Made by a program: the position numbers and the translations under genes. Below the pieces are notes generated by a model. It made no database searches, was not told the DNA's origin, and saw nothing but the letters and a program-made list of their open reading frames with translations. Below are positions 40,127-55,544 of a stretch of 64,000 nucleotides of DNA, piece by piece; within the stretch, counting starts at the first letter, position 1, and each line of letters starts with the position of its first letter. Source of the stretch: Eledone cirrhosa (Eukaryota); assembly GCA_964016885.1 (NCBI GenBank), contig OZ024743.1, positions 267,096,001 to 267,160,000 of the forward strand. Reading direction: 5' to 3'.

Positions 40127-40909
40127 AAAAGAGATAGATAGATAGAGAGATAGAGAGAGAGGGGGGGAGAGGGAGAGAGGAATGAGAAGTATGTAAATGA
40201 GACATAGGATACGTGTATAAATATGCATGGCCATTTCAAAATTTCCAAACTTAATTAAGTAAAATAATACCGAAATGATGATAGATTAATACTTCATTAG
40301 ACAAATAGTAATTTGATATATAATAAATAAATAGTTGCCTAATAAGTAATGTATATATATATATATATATAATATATATATATATGTCTGTATGTATATA
40401 TATGTATGTGTGTGTGTATGTGAATGTGTGCGTGAGCGCGTGTGTATGTGTCCCAAATATATATATACACTTTCATTAGAATTCTGTTGAAGTGAGTTTA
40501 CAATTTTGGGGGACACCCTGTATATATTTGATGAGATGTTTATGAATGGCTGATTTTCATATTAATATACAATATCACGATAGAGCATTCTGAATCTATG
40601 CATCTTGAGTTCAAATATCACCGAGCTTCTCTTTCCGTTCCTTCTTCAGAAGCGAGTATTGAAAGTTCCTGCTCGCTTCTTGTGCATACAATTCTCTGTT
40701 CAGATGTTCACATTCTGGATGCTCTGCTGCATCAGGAGAGAATTAGAAATAGGGGAAGAAATATTTCGCCAGTGTCTATTCGTGACTGCTTGGGCCTTTA
40801 AAACCCTTAGAGAAATTATGCTCTAGTAGTAGTTGTATGATGAGATTGAGGGGAAAAGATGATGTTACGTAAATTTGACCGAGAAATAAATACAGATATA
40901 ACTAAATAG

Positions 40910-41060
40910 GCGTTATAATTAGCATGGTTACGTCACTTTACGTCTGAGTTCAAATCCCGCCGAGGTTTACTTTGCCTTTTATCCTTATGGGGTCGATAAA
41001 ATAAAGTACCAGTAATGTACTGGGTATTTGCTGGCCTTGTGCCAAAAGTAGAAACAATAA
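40910..41060 (+). mobile_element. tRNA-type SINE (major family)
   Basis: Same core motif. Confidence 0.85.
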
Positions 41061-41519
41061 TTATATGGAAGATAGTTTAATTCTTTTTTTTTTGTATACA
41101 TAAACATATAATTTGCTATTTTTATATTTGTATATATAGCATCAATATATTTGGCTGTTTTTATAAAGCAAATATATCTCCAGATATGTTCTTAACACGC
41201 ATTAGTTTTTCCCACCTCACTAAATAACGTAAGTAGATTTCTTCTAGTCTCTTTGCAGACAGATATCTGTAACTCAATTGACCATTTTCACGTGTTACCG
41301 TTACAGGCGATAGTCCTCAGTGAAATACGTATTACGAAGTTTTAAGTAAACCTGAATCAACTCAATATGGCCTCCGATCTTAATATATAATGCTCCGAAT
41401 TGCACTATTCATACAGCTCGTTGGGTGCTTCTTTTTATCTGCTTCGTAACCAACGGACCATAATGTCGTCCGCACATCTCTGTTCGACTAACCCCATACT
41501 CTATTATATATATATATAT

Positions 41520-41628
41520 CAAATCCCGCCGAGGTTAACTATGCCTTTCATCCTTACAGGGTCGATAAAATAAAGTACCAGTAATACACTGAGATAATTG
41601 CTGGCCTTGTGCCAAAAGTAAAAACATT
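41520..41628 (+). mobile_element. tRNA-type SINE (major family), 5'-truncated
   Basis: Same core motif. Confidence 0.85.
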
Positions 41629-41643
41629 TATATATATATATAT

Positions 41644-42194
41644 ATTTATTAAAATAACAGATTAAAGTTTAAGCAAAGAATCGCTGCTTTCACCCTTAAC
41701 GGGATCTTCTGAAACTAACAAAGTCAATCTGTAAACGCAGAATTGGATATTTCAAAAAACGTTGCAACCGGAGGTTGCCTTTGCATGCTATTGTTCTCCA
41801 CGCTCCCCATATGACTTATTATCTTCGTTTTTTCGTTCATTGCCAGAGAACGTCTCTATGCACCACCTAAGAGAACATTAGTCTGCGACCTCTTTTATAC
41901 CATAAACGTATTATATTCATTTTTTCCCGTTCTTTGCCAGCGAACGTTTCCACGAATCAAAGTATCGTCTTCCTGTTTTCCTCCGGTTGCAACGTTTTTT
42001 GAAATATCCAGTTCTGCGTTTACAGATTGACTTTGATAGTCTCAGAAGATCCCGTTAAGGGTGAAAGCAGCGATTCTTTGCTTAAACTTTAATCTGTTAT
42101 TTTAATAAATATTTGCTCTACGGTCTTTATATATTTGATATATATTTTCCTTATCGAGCCCTCTTTGGATTTTAGTCTTCAATTTTATTATTAT

Positions 42195-42197
<3 letters not shown>
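41644..42197. mobile_element. Family D inverted-repeat copy with two HHR-like motifs
   Basis: 41644-41773 is inverted relative to 41980-42112. Homologous to 36075-36545. Confidence 0.85.
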
Positions 42198-42237
<40 letters not shown>

Positions 42238-42243
<6 letters not shown>

Positions 42244-43007
42244 TATGTATACGTACATACATATATGTATACAGACGTACAGTAGTATGTATATATATAT
42301 ATAAATACATGCACACGTATGTATATGTTGAACAAACGAGCAACGGTGGTTGCTAGACACTACGGCTTAATACAGGATGTTTGTTTACAAACACACCGAG
42401 CTTTATAATAAATGTTTGGTGAATCCATACGTACATATATATATGTGTGCATGTATATATATATATACATAATACTGTACGTCTGTATACATATATGTAT
42501 GTACGTATACACACTTATATTTAAGTAACAGCCGTACTAAGAGTGGGAAATGAAATTTCGTTTCATTTTTTTTCCGTTTATCGTTTTCGGTGCACCCGGC
42601 CGATGAACCTACTCGATATGCAAATTGGGCTACTCAGCCGTTAATATGCATAAGGAAAGTATATACTTTCGGACGTTCAACTATCTGGCAGGAAGGTATA
42701 CGTTGCTGACGATAGCTAATAAGCTTGAAACTAGTACAGCGTTCCTATGTCAGTGTTGAACAAACGAGCAACAGTGGTTGCTAGACACTATGGCTTAATA
42801 CGGGATGTTTGTTTACAAACACACCGAGCATTATAATAAATGTTTAGTGAATCCATACGTACATATATATATGTGTACATGTATGTATATATATATACAT
42901 ACTACTGTACGTCTGTATTCATATATGTATGTACGTATACATACTTATATTTAAGTAACAGCCGTACTAAGAGTGGGAAATGAAATTTCGTTTCATTTTT
43001 TCCGTTT
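42238..43007 (+). mobile_element. Family A HHR repeat, short inverted 5' piece plus about 1.6 tandem units (period ~428)
   Basis: Homologous to 815-1656 and flanked by (TA)n. Confidence 0.88.
42700..42742 (+). ncRNA. Hammerhead family A
   Basis: acgttg-CTGACGA-tagctaataagctt-GAAA-ctag-TA-cagcgt. Stem I A-U is replaced by U-G. Confidence 0.88.
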
Positions 43008-43031
43008 ATATATATGTACATATATATATAC

Positions 43032-43137
<106 letters not shown>

Positions 43138-45081
43138 TGTGTTGAAACAGATATTGTTATACTTTGGGAGGCTCATGCTGCCAGTAAAAACACACGCACA
43201 TACTGGCTTTCACTTCAATTTATTATACATTTCCGGTTGGTTGATTTGTTGCTTCGATAACCGGATGGTTGTTTATATATTGTCAGAGCTCTTTCGTCAC
43301 ATATTCTGTGACCACTTTAATGACTAGACTTTTATTTTTTGTCTCTCCTTTGTTCTGTCTTGCATCATCTTGTTTTTGTGTGTCGTGTGAACACACAACA
43401 CACAAAAACAAGATGGTGTAGGACAGAGGTCAGAACAAAGGATTATGTTTAATTTCTTTTCCAAGCTGGCGTATGCATCTAGAATCAGTTTCTCCATTAA
43501 TGCACTGGGACTGATTTAATCGAAGTTACTGGCCTCGTGCCTAAAGTAGAAATAATTACTTTAGAACATAAGAAAACAGAAACTGATCGCTGAATGAGTG
43601 AATTGAAAAGCGATATAGAACATTAAAAAACATGAATGGTTTTTGCCTCCTAAAAAGGAAATATCAGCAACAGTAGTAGTAGTAGTAGTAGTAGTAGTAG
43701 CAGTAGTAGTAGTTGTAGTAGTAGTAGTACTACTACTACTACTACTACTACTAATACTACTACTACTACTAATACTACTTCTACTACTACTACTACTACT
43801 TCTACTACTACTACTACTACTATCACTATTATTGTAACTATTTTTGATATTAATATTTGGGGAATAAATGAGACAATGGCTGGTGCAAATGTAAACATGG
43901 CGTACAACCATTTTTCTGGCTGCTGAAATTATGATTTTAAACCATCATTGCCATATTCCCTTCAGATTATGGCTCACCATATAACTATCTTATTCGAAAA
44001 ATCAAATGTTCGATAATAATGGTGTCCAAACGGCTTGAAATCGGGTTTGTATTCTACAATACATGGTAATATATTTTCAAATGTTTATATACAAATAAAT
44101 CCATTTTATCCAATCTTTACGGAAGAAATTTTGTTAATTTATAGTCCAAAAATCAGATAAATGATGAGAAATGTTGTGTTATTGCTAAATCACTTCGTAT
44201 TCGTATTCGTAATTGTTTTCCAAAGAAAGAGTTTGCGTTGTCACATAGCTCTCTAATGTTTGAATCAGGTCATTGTTGTTGCGTTATCGTTACGGATAGT
44301 TACGTAATGCTCAATCGTATATTCGTTTCAACTATGAACCGCTGTCTTGGTGTGCTACAACATAATTTTCTTATAATTATCGGTATCACTCCGCGGGAGG
44401 TCCTAGATAGAGATTTTTTAATTCTATGACAAAGGGATTAAAATACCTACAGTTTAGCATAAAGAGACCAATATTGTTTACTGGATATGCTAGTTAGATC
44501 AGCCCCTTTTATGCAAATCACAAACTTCGAAACGTAACCGGAATAATTTATCACTTGAATTATTATACAATGATCAGTTGAACCTGCCAGAAGCAAATTT
44601 GATTATAGAGCTGAACAATTTGAAGGTAACGACACCTGTTTGTCTTTTACAACCTTTATGATTATATGCACAGACGAATCATAGGATAGCAAATGAATAT
44701 ATTCCAAGCATGATGAAGAGGTTCAATAAAAATTATATCAATTATTGAGAGATGTTTCTAATGAGGAAATTTCGGTAAAGTGTTTCTGATGGTAATGGGT
44801 AATGAAACATATGTAAAGTGTAATTTCTAGCGTTAATGGAAATCACTAGAACCGGGTGAGACTTAGTTGAGCAAATTGATAGAAATATAAAACTAGTAAT
44901 CATTTTATAAGTTTCAGATATGTAGAAGAGTGAAAACAACCCCAACGAGATATGAACTCGAAATTTAAAAGATGTAAGTATATAGCATAAACACAGACAT
45001 ACGGTGTTTTACAGATTCTACCAACCAGCGGCTATATATAAAGAGCATGTTTTATTACTTTCCACACACACACATACTTGC

Positions 45082-45174
<93 letters not shown>

Positions 45175-45639
45175 TGTATGTATATATTTATATACATATA
45201 TACATATATACATATACATACATTACATATAATACATGTATTTGCATATGCATATTTACAAGGTAGAGAAAATGAGCAATGGAGATTCGTCAAGCATAAC
45301 TATATAATATATTGCCGTTTCTTTTGAGTTATATATATATCTAGTGTTTCCCACGATTATTACATATTTTGGAAGTAATAAATCCCCGAAATTATTGTCC
45401 GATATCATTGAAACAATCATAATGCAATCGTTCACTATTTCATTATTATATAACATTCTATTAGGCAGGGCTACTCACAAATTTTCCATTCCCTCGAACT
45501 GCATTTTGCACACATATAGACACAAAAGTACGCATACGTATACATATATACATATATACATATTTATATATACACCTGCCTCTACCTACCTACCGGTATA
45601 TATATATATATATATATATACATATATATGTATATATTT

Positions 45640-45727
<88 letters not shown>

Positions 45728-45750
45728 TAATGTATATATATATATATATA

Positions 45751-45836
<86 letters not shown>

Positions 45837-46268
45837 GTGTGTATTATGTATATGTATATATATATATGTATATGCACATACATATACATGCACATAATCA
45901 CATAACTTTTTTCTCTTGTGTATGCGAGTGTCTGTATCACATTGTACTACGCTGTTAGATATTCGTTAGATGGATGACCTTTGGATTAGAATATTATTGC
46001 GCGAACATTTTTCTGTGAGTTGGTAATTTTGCTGCAAGCCTCAAGTCTTTGAGATCAGAGAATTCTTCAAATAAGGTAGTCAATAAATCCTAATACCCCC
46101 CTCCCAAAACGGCTGATTTTCGTATTTGTAGATGTTGCACCAAAGTGTTACCGAATACAAGACAATATGTATATTTATATATATATACATGTGTATGTAT
46201 ATGTATGTACATATATTTATATATATATATGTACATATATTTATATATATTTATATATATATGTACAT

Positions 46269-46346
<78 letters not shown>

Positions 46347-46506
46347 GTTGTGTGTGTGTGTTTTCATATGTGTGTGTGTTTTCATAACGAAGAGAAACAG
46401 ATCACACCGACGATATATATAATAATAATAATAAATATTAATAATAATAATAATAATAATTTCAACAAACTTTCCAGTTAACTAACATCAATGACTGACA
46501 CTCAAA

Positions 46507-46587
<81 letters not shown>

Positions 46588-47046
46588 GAAGAAGAAGAAG
46601 AAGAAGAAGAAGACTGATAAAACACACCATGATAATATTGAAAGGAAACGCAAATGTAAAGAATTATCAATTCCGGGAATATCAGTATAAAAGGTATGGG
46701 ATATTGATAAATTCGTGTTATGACGTCAGAGAGTATTACTTTCAATTCTCTGATCAGTCATTTCTTTAATAGCTAATATAGCGGTTAACGAGAAAACATT
46801 AAGCAACTGACATCCCACTTCTTACTTAGTAGAATACCTACCCCGACAAAAGAAGAACAAGTCGGAATAATAAAGAAAAGAAAACATCTTAACGACATTT
46901 TGAATATAGCCACCAAACACACATATACGAACACACACACATACACACACATACATTCACACACACACACTCACACATACATATATGTATATTTTGGTGT
47001 GTGTGTAGTTTTATATACATGTACGCATGGATATACACATACACAC

Positions 47047-47135
<89 letters not shown>

Positions 47136-47343
47136 CAATGTATAAGATGCATAAGGGGAAAATGTAAAAGTGTGCATAAAAGAAATGAAGAAAATAATGA
47201 CAAGAAAGCAAGATATGAATGCATGAATAAAAACGAATAAGGATCAAAAGAAACACTATATTAGTTAAATATATACGTACATACATAATACCTACACACA
47301 CATATATGATATGTGTATATATATATATATAAACACGCATATG

Positions 47344-47380
<37 letters not shown>

Positions 47381-47410
47381 CACATATAAATACACACACA
47401 CACACACCAT

Positions 47411-47442
<32 letters not shown>

Positions 47443-47512
47443 ACGTACAGATATTTATAAATGTGTGTATATATATGTATATATATATATATATTTATAT
47501 ATATAAATATAC

Positions 47513-47543
<31 letters not shown>

Positions 47544-47592
47544 AATTTATATATATATATATATATATATTTATTATATATATATATATATA

Positions 47593-47633
<41 letters not shown>

Positions 47634-47790
47634 ATATATATATGTATATATATAGATATAGATTTATATATATATAGTCGTATATACCTCTGTATATGTG
47701 TACGTGTGTATGTGTGTATGTATTTATATGTTTATACATGTATGAATGTATATATATATATATATATATCTACATAATTACATATGTATT

Positions 47791-47853
<63 letters not shown>

Positions 47854-49004
47854 TTGTAAGCCAACGAGGGGATGTTATTGGCTTCTTTCATAGAATCAGA
47901 GAAATGGTCAATTTATAAAGGAGGAAATTTGATTATTAATCTTAAGATGTACTTCTAAAGAATTGCTGTTATTTCTGACAGATTATTATTAATCGTTCTA
48001 CTGAGGAAAAATATTAAATAAGAGAAACATACCTATTCGCTAAATTTCTCTTTTATCTTAAGGAGTTTGTAACGATTGATTAGTATTTCTGTAATCGATG
48101 ATCAAACATCCACAAAGATTTGGATGTGATGTAATATCTCAATATTTACCTGCATGTTTCTTTGATTATTTTTTCTCCTATTCATAGTTTTTTTAAAGAT
48201 ATGTATGTGCATATCTGTGTGTACATCACAGACACACACTCAAAAACATATGAATGTGCCTGTGATATATCTGTATGTTAGTAGTATGTGTGTGGGAGGA
48301 AGTGAATAAGTGTTTCGTCAAATCCCTTCCCTTTTAATAAATGATTTAGATCCATTAATATATGCAGTTTCATTTAGAGAGATGAATTGGTTGCATATTA
48401 CCCCTCCGACTATTATGCACGTGTATATATATTTATGTATATATATATATATGTGTGTGTGTATGTGTGTGCATGTGTGTGTGTGTGCGCACGTGTGTGT
48501 GTATACCTAAACATCATATATAGATTTAAATATGTGCCTGATCATATGAATACCTAGGAAATACTTAAGACAGCAATCTAACTATAGTAGTGATTGTGAA
48601 GATATTGTAGAGGAAAAGAATTCTAAACGTGGTGAGGGTCGAAACAATTCACACACTACTTTATAGTGCCAAGGGTGACCGAAACTACTAGAAGAATCAT
48701 TGTTGCAAAGCGTCGATATTTTTGTAATCACTGGTCGACAGCAAAGCTGGAAATGTGCAGCTACAAGATTCGGGGACAAGCTACAAGATACAAGGCGTAT
48801 GGAATATAATGCAATAAAATATAAGATATATATAAACGTATATTATACATACTATATATATATTACATATGTTATATATATATATAATTTTAATATAGAT
48901 GAGATTCTTTAGAATCTCATCTATATTAAAAATGTTATACTCTGTTATGTATTGAGTACCTTACTTACTGTGGTTACCTCCGATTCCACCCGGAATAACT
49001 TACC

Positions 49005-49035
<31 letters not shown>

Positions 49036-49168
49036 GTGTGTGTGTGTGTGTGTGTGTTTGTGTGTGTGTGTGAGTGTTTGCGTGTTTGGTGTTTGTGTCT
49101 ATGTGTGTGTGAATATATATATACAATGATTTTAAATAAAAGGGAAACTATATTTATAAAACCATATT

Positions 49169-49230
49169 TATTCTATTATATATCTTTCAAGGGTACCAAA
49201 CATTTTCGTACGCTATCATCAGATAAAATA
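49169..49230 (-). ncRNA. Hammerhead family C
   Basis: Reverse complement tattttat-CTGATGA-tagcgtac gaaaatgtttg gtaccctt-GAAA-gatata-TA-atagaata. Confidence 0.7.
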
Positions 49231-49357
49231 TAAAATGTTTTATAAATATTTCCATTTATTTAATATCATTGAATACTTACTCCAGAAATTTGTCGAGTGC
49301 TCTGAATCAGTTATAAACATCTATATTTGTTGGATTTGCAACAAATTAAATATCTCT

Positions 49358-49499
<142 letters not shown>

Positions 49500-49754
49500 A
49501 AATTAAATTAAGGTTGTCATGCCTGAGAGACATGCACCATATCCACTGCAGAATAAGCTATAAGATTCCAATGAATAGATCTGAGCATTTTATATTTTCA
49601 AATATAGATAACTTTTAAAAGGTATCTATATTTGAAGTTCTAGTTAAACTTTAATTAGTTACCTACCAAGCTATGTGTACACACTTTACAAATTATTCCC
49701 TGAGATTGTTTCATGTGTTTATTTCATATATATGTGTGTCAATCTACTTCTAGT

Positions 49755-49814
<60 letters not shown>

Positions 49815-49818
<4 letters not shown>

Positions 49819-51665
49819 TGGATTGGTCAATTTTGAACTAATCTAAAGAATATGCAAGAGGAACAAGAAAATGCACGCATTGCATAAATGAAAAATATTG
49901 GATCTTGCAAAATCTTAAATCAACAAAATCCTGCCTGAACACAAAGACGGAAATTTTCACCAGTTGCCCACACATGAAATCACACCTGCTTTCCAGCTCA
50001 TATAAACTTAACACACTTTCAGATACTTATCCTCCATAAACTCTTATTATTCTCTTTATAATTACCCTTTCTGATTTACTTTCATTTTTATCCTTATTAT
50101 TAATTTCATTTATTTTTATTTTTATTTTTATTTTTATTTTTATTTTTATTTTTATTTTTATTTTTATTTTTATTTTTATTTTTATTTTTATTTTTATTTT
50201 TATTTTTATTTTTATTTTTATTTTTATTTTTAATTTTATTTTTATTTTTATTTTTATTTTTATTTTTATTTTTATTTTTATTTTTATTTTTATTTTTATT
50301 TTTATTTTTATTTTTATTTTTATTGTTATATATTTTTTATTTTTACTTCACATCCACCAATACCCCTCCCCTTTATTCTCCGATTCACTTACCTAATATC
50401 TTCACTTTCCATTTTTTACTTCCCTATTTTCTTCACTAACTGATTACTTGCGTTTTACACTTGCGTCACTTGCGTTTTCCACTCCAGATATTTTTTATTT
50501 TTATTTTTATTTTTATTTTTATTTTTATTTTTATTTTTATTTTTATTTTTATTTTTATTTTTATTTTTATTTTTATTTTTATTTTTATTTTTATTTTTAT
50601 TTTTATTTTTATTTTTATTTTTATTTTTATTTTTTTATTTTTGCGCAGCCAATCTTATAATTTTATATTTGTAAATACTTATCCACAAGTTTTTTACACC
50701 CTGTATCTATGTGTCTGAACGCCTTAATGTGTGTATACTTTCTATATATGTACACTAGCGCCTACGTATGTGCGCGCGCGTGCGTGTATATATATATATA
50801 TGTATGTGTATGTGTATGTGTCTTTATATCCGTGTTTTTACATCTAGGTTTTTTTGTTTTGTTTCTTTTTTCTTCCTCCTTTTTTTTACATCCTCATTTT
50901 TATGCGTGTGCATGCAAACAGGTCAATATGCGTGAGTGTAAGTATGTGTGTGTGTGTGTGTGTGTACGTATCGAATGTATGGATGTGTAAGTGTGCGTGT
51001 GTATATAAGCATGTATATTTTTGTGTTTCTTTTGTGAGATATACGTGTGTGTGTACGCGTGTACCTTGTTTGTCTTTTCTTTAATTTTTTCTTTCTAAAT
51101 TATTGTTCCATTTTTATAAATATATCGAGATATATACTTTCCTTTAATTATTACACTCCCTTACCTCTTTTACTTCCGCATATAAGTGTACGTGTGTGTA
51201 GGTGTGTTTTTGCGCGTGCCTTCATATTCTTATGATGTATCTATTCTGTCTGTAGTTTACAGATAAACAGATACATTTGCCTTAAAATATATATTTACGC
51301 ACACTTTTTCACTATACGTATACATTTGTACATACACATATATGCACATCTGTTAGCGTATATACATACATATACACACACCTAACTATATTCCTTGAAA
51401 GATTTTTATATATTTCATATTGTAATTCATTTGTCTATATATTTTTTTTTGCTTTTCTTGATGAGACTTTCCAAGTATTTACCCATGTTTTATATTGCCT
51501 CGTCTGACGAACGAATGAAGACGTTTCTTTCGTATTCGCCTCATTCGGAAACCTCTGGTAATGAGGTAATTATATTGTATTGATTTTTAGACATTAAATT
51601 TTGCTCTGGTACTTACATAGAGAACTCTTCACTTATATGACCTTTTCTGTTTTCAACGGAAATTT
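49815..51665 (+). mobile_element. PLE 3' end: GIY-YIG C-terminus, long microsatellite-rich UTR and terminal HHR
   Basis: 49815-50039 translates KLDWSILN*SKEYARGTRKCTHCINEKYWIL..CLNTKTEIFTSCPHMKSHLL (WSI..CxLCxxEK..LNxxxE...CxH pattern). (TTTTTA)n tracts at 50110-50325 and 50490-50640. HHR at 51494. Confidence 0.75.
51494..51570 (+). ncRNA. Type I hammerhead ribozyme with 10-bp stem I
   Basis: attgcctcgt-CTGACGA-a cgaatga..tcattcg-GAAA-cc tct gg-TA-atgaggtaat. Confidence 0.88.
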
Positions 51666-51712
51666 TAATATATATATATATATATATATATACATACATA
51701 CATATAATATTA

Positions 51713-52445
51713 TAGTACCAAAATTAGATTAAAGAGGCCATGTCTGAGACTGTCAGCCGCATGCGCCATACCACCTGTGGAATAAGCTCAAAGATTCCAA
51801 GTAGTAGCTCCCAGCATTTATTAACATTAAATTAAAAGTTGTATGATATATATAAATAAAATAAACACATCAAGACATTACAGGGGATAATTTGTAAACA
51901 CACATAGTTACGGAGGTAATATTAAAAATTAACAAGAACCTTGAATAATTACCAAGAACCTTGCAATAATGATTAATCATTTTTGTATATGTTCCATCGA
52001 AGAAATATGTTTCACCATTAATCAGTGAATCATAGATGTCAAACCTTGGATCATCGGAAACGGATAAGATTTAACTATCCACGATATACGATAAAAGCAG
52101 ATCAGTGAATAACGGTGAAAAAGCACACGCGGTTAAAAAAAACACATCGCCCCGCCCTCAAGCTAGTGGCGTGAATAGGGTTATCGACAGCTAAAAAACA
52201 GCCCAGTCTTTTCAAAATAAAAAGCTCTACAAACAGACATAGGAGCCGTAAATACTACCAACATTAGATTAAAGATGCCATGTCTGAATATATCAGAAGC
52301 ATGTGCCTTACCACCTGTGTAACACCCTCGAACATTCCAAGTAGTAAATACGAGCATTTATTAAAATTAAAATAAAAGTCGTATGGCATGTATATATATA
52401 CAATAAACACATCAAACAATTACAGAGGAACATTTGTGAAGAGTG
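51713..52445. repeat. Diverged tandem repeat, period ~540 bp, with a fragment also at 49497-49715
   Basis: tacca.aattagattaaaga.gccatgtctga..ccacctgtg..attccaagtagta recurs at 51716 and 52256. Confidence 0.75.
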
Positions 52446-52500
52446 TATTATATTAAATCTTTGTTGGTTTTTTTCAATAAACAAATGTCATTATTTCTGT

Positions 52501-52600
52501 GCCGAGGTTAACTTTGCCTTTCATCCTTACGGGGTCGATAAAATAAAGTACCAGTAATGTACTGGGTATTTGCTGGCCTTGTGCCTAAAATAGAAACAAT
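52501..52600 (+). mobile_element. tRNA-type SINE (major family), 5'-truncated
   Basis: Same core motif. Confidence 0.85.
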
Positions 52601-52920
52601 TATTCCTGAAGACGGCATATATATGTGTAGGTATGTATATTCCCTCTGATAATTTGTAAAACTTTTACATAGATCTATATGATATACATACCAACACACA
52701 CATATATATACTAGAAACATCGTAAAATGATGAATTTGTTAATATAAGGAACTGTTTCTTTGTTTTTATTCATTATTTTTAGTAATTTATCTTGATTCTG
52801 TTCTCCTGTCTTTTTCATCGAAAACATTTTGAACACATCTTCTCTTTTCATGATATTTGGATTACATTGAGCTCTTCATGCGGATTGGACACTACCGTAT
52901 ATTTTGGTAGATTTATCTAC

Positions 52921-53034
<114 letters not shown>

Positions 53035-53162
53035 GTGTGTGTGTGTGTCTCCCTCTCTCTTTCTCTCTCTAAATATACACCACCTTCACCACTAATTGAT
53101 TTGACAGATATCTTTAACTCATTGATACCAAATATTATTTAGTCAGTATTTCGTGTGTAAAT

Positions 53163-53260
<98 letters not shown>

Positions 53261-54258
53261 TATAGATATATATAGATATGCTTGTGTCCGTGTTTATATA
53301 TATATATGTATGCATGCACAAAACCTTAGACTTAGTAGAATGTATAACCACTGATTCCAACTATTTGCACTATAATATATTTTGGTTTCTAGTAATTCCC
53401 TGGGGAATTGGTTGACCAAATGCTTTGCTTAATTGTTTTAGTTATTTTTAAGAAGTTTTATTCTTTCTCTTACATTTCAGTTATTTTTCGAAAGCAAAGC
53501 ATTGGCCCCTAAAACACTACAATGGGTCCTGCAATGTTACTGTGAGCTCTTGCAATGCTACCGTGGGCCCCTGGGGCCCACATGCCATTGGGCAACTTGG
53601 CAATCTGGCCAGTCCGCCACTATATATATACAGTATTTATATATTAACAAAGAAATAGGTCACCATTTTCAACAGTTAATATAATATATATTTGATCTCT
53701 CTCCACCCCACCCCGCCTCTCTCTCTCTCGCTATATATATATATATAAGCAAAGGAGAAACCCAATTGATAATTTTACACTGCTAGTGCACAAACACAAA
53801 TGTGTAGGCAAATGACTGAACTATATCAATTATCATTCTATTACCAACATAATGAAATGTAGAATCAACAATACAATTACTTTCATAAATCATACTAGTG
53901 AAATACTTCTGTTAGAATTAAAGTCAAATATGACATGAAATATGAAACGTTGGTCTTAGAACTTATATTAAAAAAGTAAAAAAGGGGGACTATTTCTGAA
54001 ATATTAAGATTGTTATTCGGAACATCAGAGTGAATGATGCATCATTTAATTACACCCCTGTCGTAAATAATGATCATAAAATAACTATTTGGCCGTGTAG
54101 TAATATCTAGACAAGAAACATGAGTTTTAAGATATTCAACATGTATGACGTTATTCATGCTGATCAAACTATTAGCAGAGGCTTATATATTATAGTATTG
54201 TATAAGATGCATGGTGCGAGTTGTGTCATATAGCCTATATGATCCCTTTCGATTTATT

Positions 54259-54355
<97 letters not shown>

Positions 54356-54989
54356 TTAGTTATACTATTTATGGTTATGTAAACACAAAACCTTAAGCAG
54401 TTGTAAGTATTTTACACACACCCTCGGTTTGGAGGAAACAGCTGTAGGCACAATAATGTTTTGAACAGTTCTTTGATTCTTATATTTCATATATATATAT
54501 ATATATTTATAATCATAGAAACATTCAAAACAGTTTAACTGACGTCAAAACATACATTGGGATAAAAAAAAACCTACGCAAACTAATATTAAAATGTTTC
54601 GCTCTTACTGCAGTTTCTGGAATTAAGAAAGAGTACTAATTATCCCAATAAATATATATATTTGAAGAAATGCTTGCATCAGAGGGATACTTTGAATATA
54701 CGAAAATATTTAATCGATAGTATACGGACCTTGTCGTTATCAAACAGAGTGGTTCAGCATTCGACTACCAAATATATGTGTGTACATGAAGACAATATGA
54801 CATGTTTGTAGTAATGCTAAAAATAGCACACATTATACCCGTCTATCAACTTAAAAATTAAGGTGTGGCCCATTTTAGACAAAAGGTTATTTGTCAGTAA
54901 TTTTTCCTATTCCCAAAGAATCCCTCTGATGAATTTATTTTTCCAATATTGTGTGTCTTAATTTATTGGGATAATGAATATTGTTTCTT

Positions 54990-55450
54990 AATTCTATAAA
55001 CTGCAGTTATAGTAGAAGTTTATTGCGTTTTCGTCATCAATGGAGTTTGTGGGATTGTAACAACAAATAAATGTGGTGCATGGTTTACCATTGAAAAGGG
55101 CGCTTGTTGATCTTGGATTTATCGACTCTCTGTTATGGTGTGTTAGATAGCTTTTAGGATGGATTAAGAGCCTAGCACCTTTTATTTTTGCGTTACTACT
55201 TGATCTTTCAGCAGATGGCATGATAAGCATCCATACTTTTCCCAATTTACTATCTCGAATGCTGGTGTCTATTACGATGTTCTTGTATGGAAATTACTGC
55301 AAGCCTTGTTTCTCTGCGTTTGATTTCTATTCACTTATTTTCATTTCGCAATTGTTATTAAAGGTGGAAGCTATATGCGGTTTTTTGCATTTAGTATAGT
55401 CAATTGTTTCAGATTTGGTCTTCCTGAAACAGACGTTTCGAACACTATAG
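54990..55450 (-). pseudogene. RTE-like LINE APE endonuclease fragment
   Basis: INPRSTSALFNGKPCTTFICCYNPTNSIDDENAINFY (I..YxPT motif). Confidence 0.72.
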
Positions 55451-55544
55451 CCTTGTCTTCCACTATGTGACACATTCATTTCTCACTCGCGTTAAGAGCT
55501 ATGCGGTGTGGGTTTCCGTTTTCAGTATTACTTACCAGTAAATA

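Noticed and set aside
40490-40522. Solo Tc1/mariner-like TIR (tacagggtgtcccc on minus), also 34190-34220 and a hAT-like end at 53600-53622
   Set aside because: No matching second TIR or transposase found to define an element.
40620-40680. CTGAAGA on minus strand next to an agaagcgag/ctcgcttct hairpin
   Set aside because: No stem II/III arrangement compatible with a hammerhead.
43673-43830. (AGT)n flipping to (ACT)n, forming a palindrome
   Set aside because: Simple inverted microsatellite with no further structure.
44575-44630. EPARSKFDYRAEQFE, SH3-like peptide before a GT donor
   Set aside because: Too short, weak acceptor, and no partner exons found.
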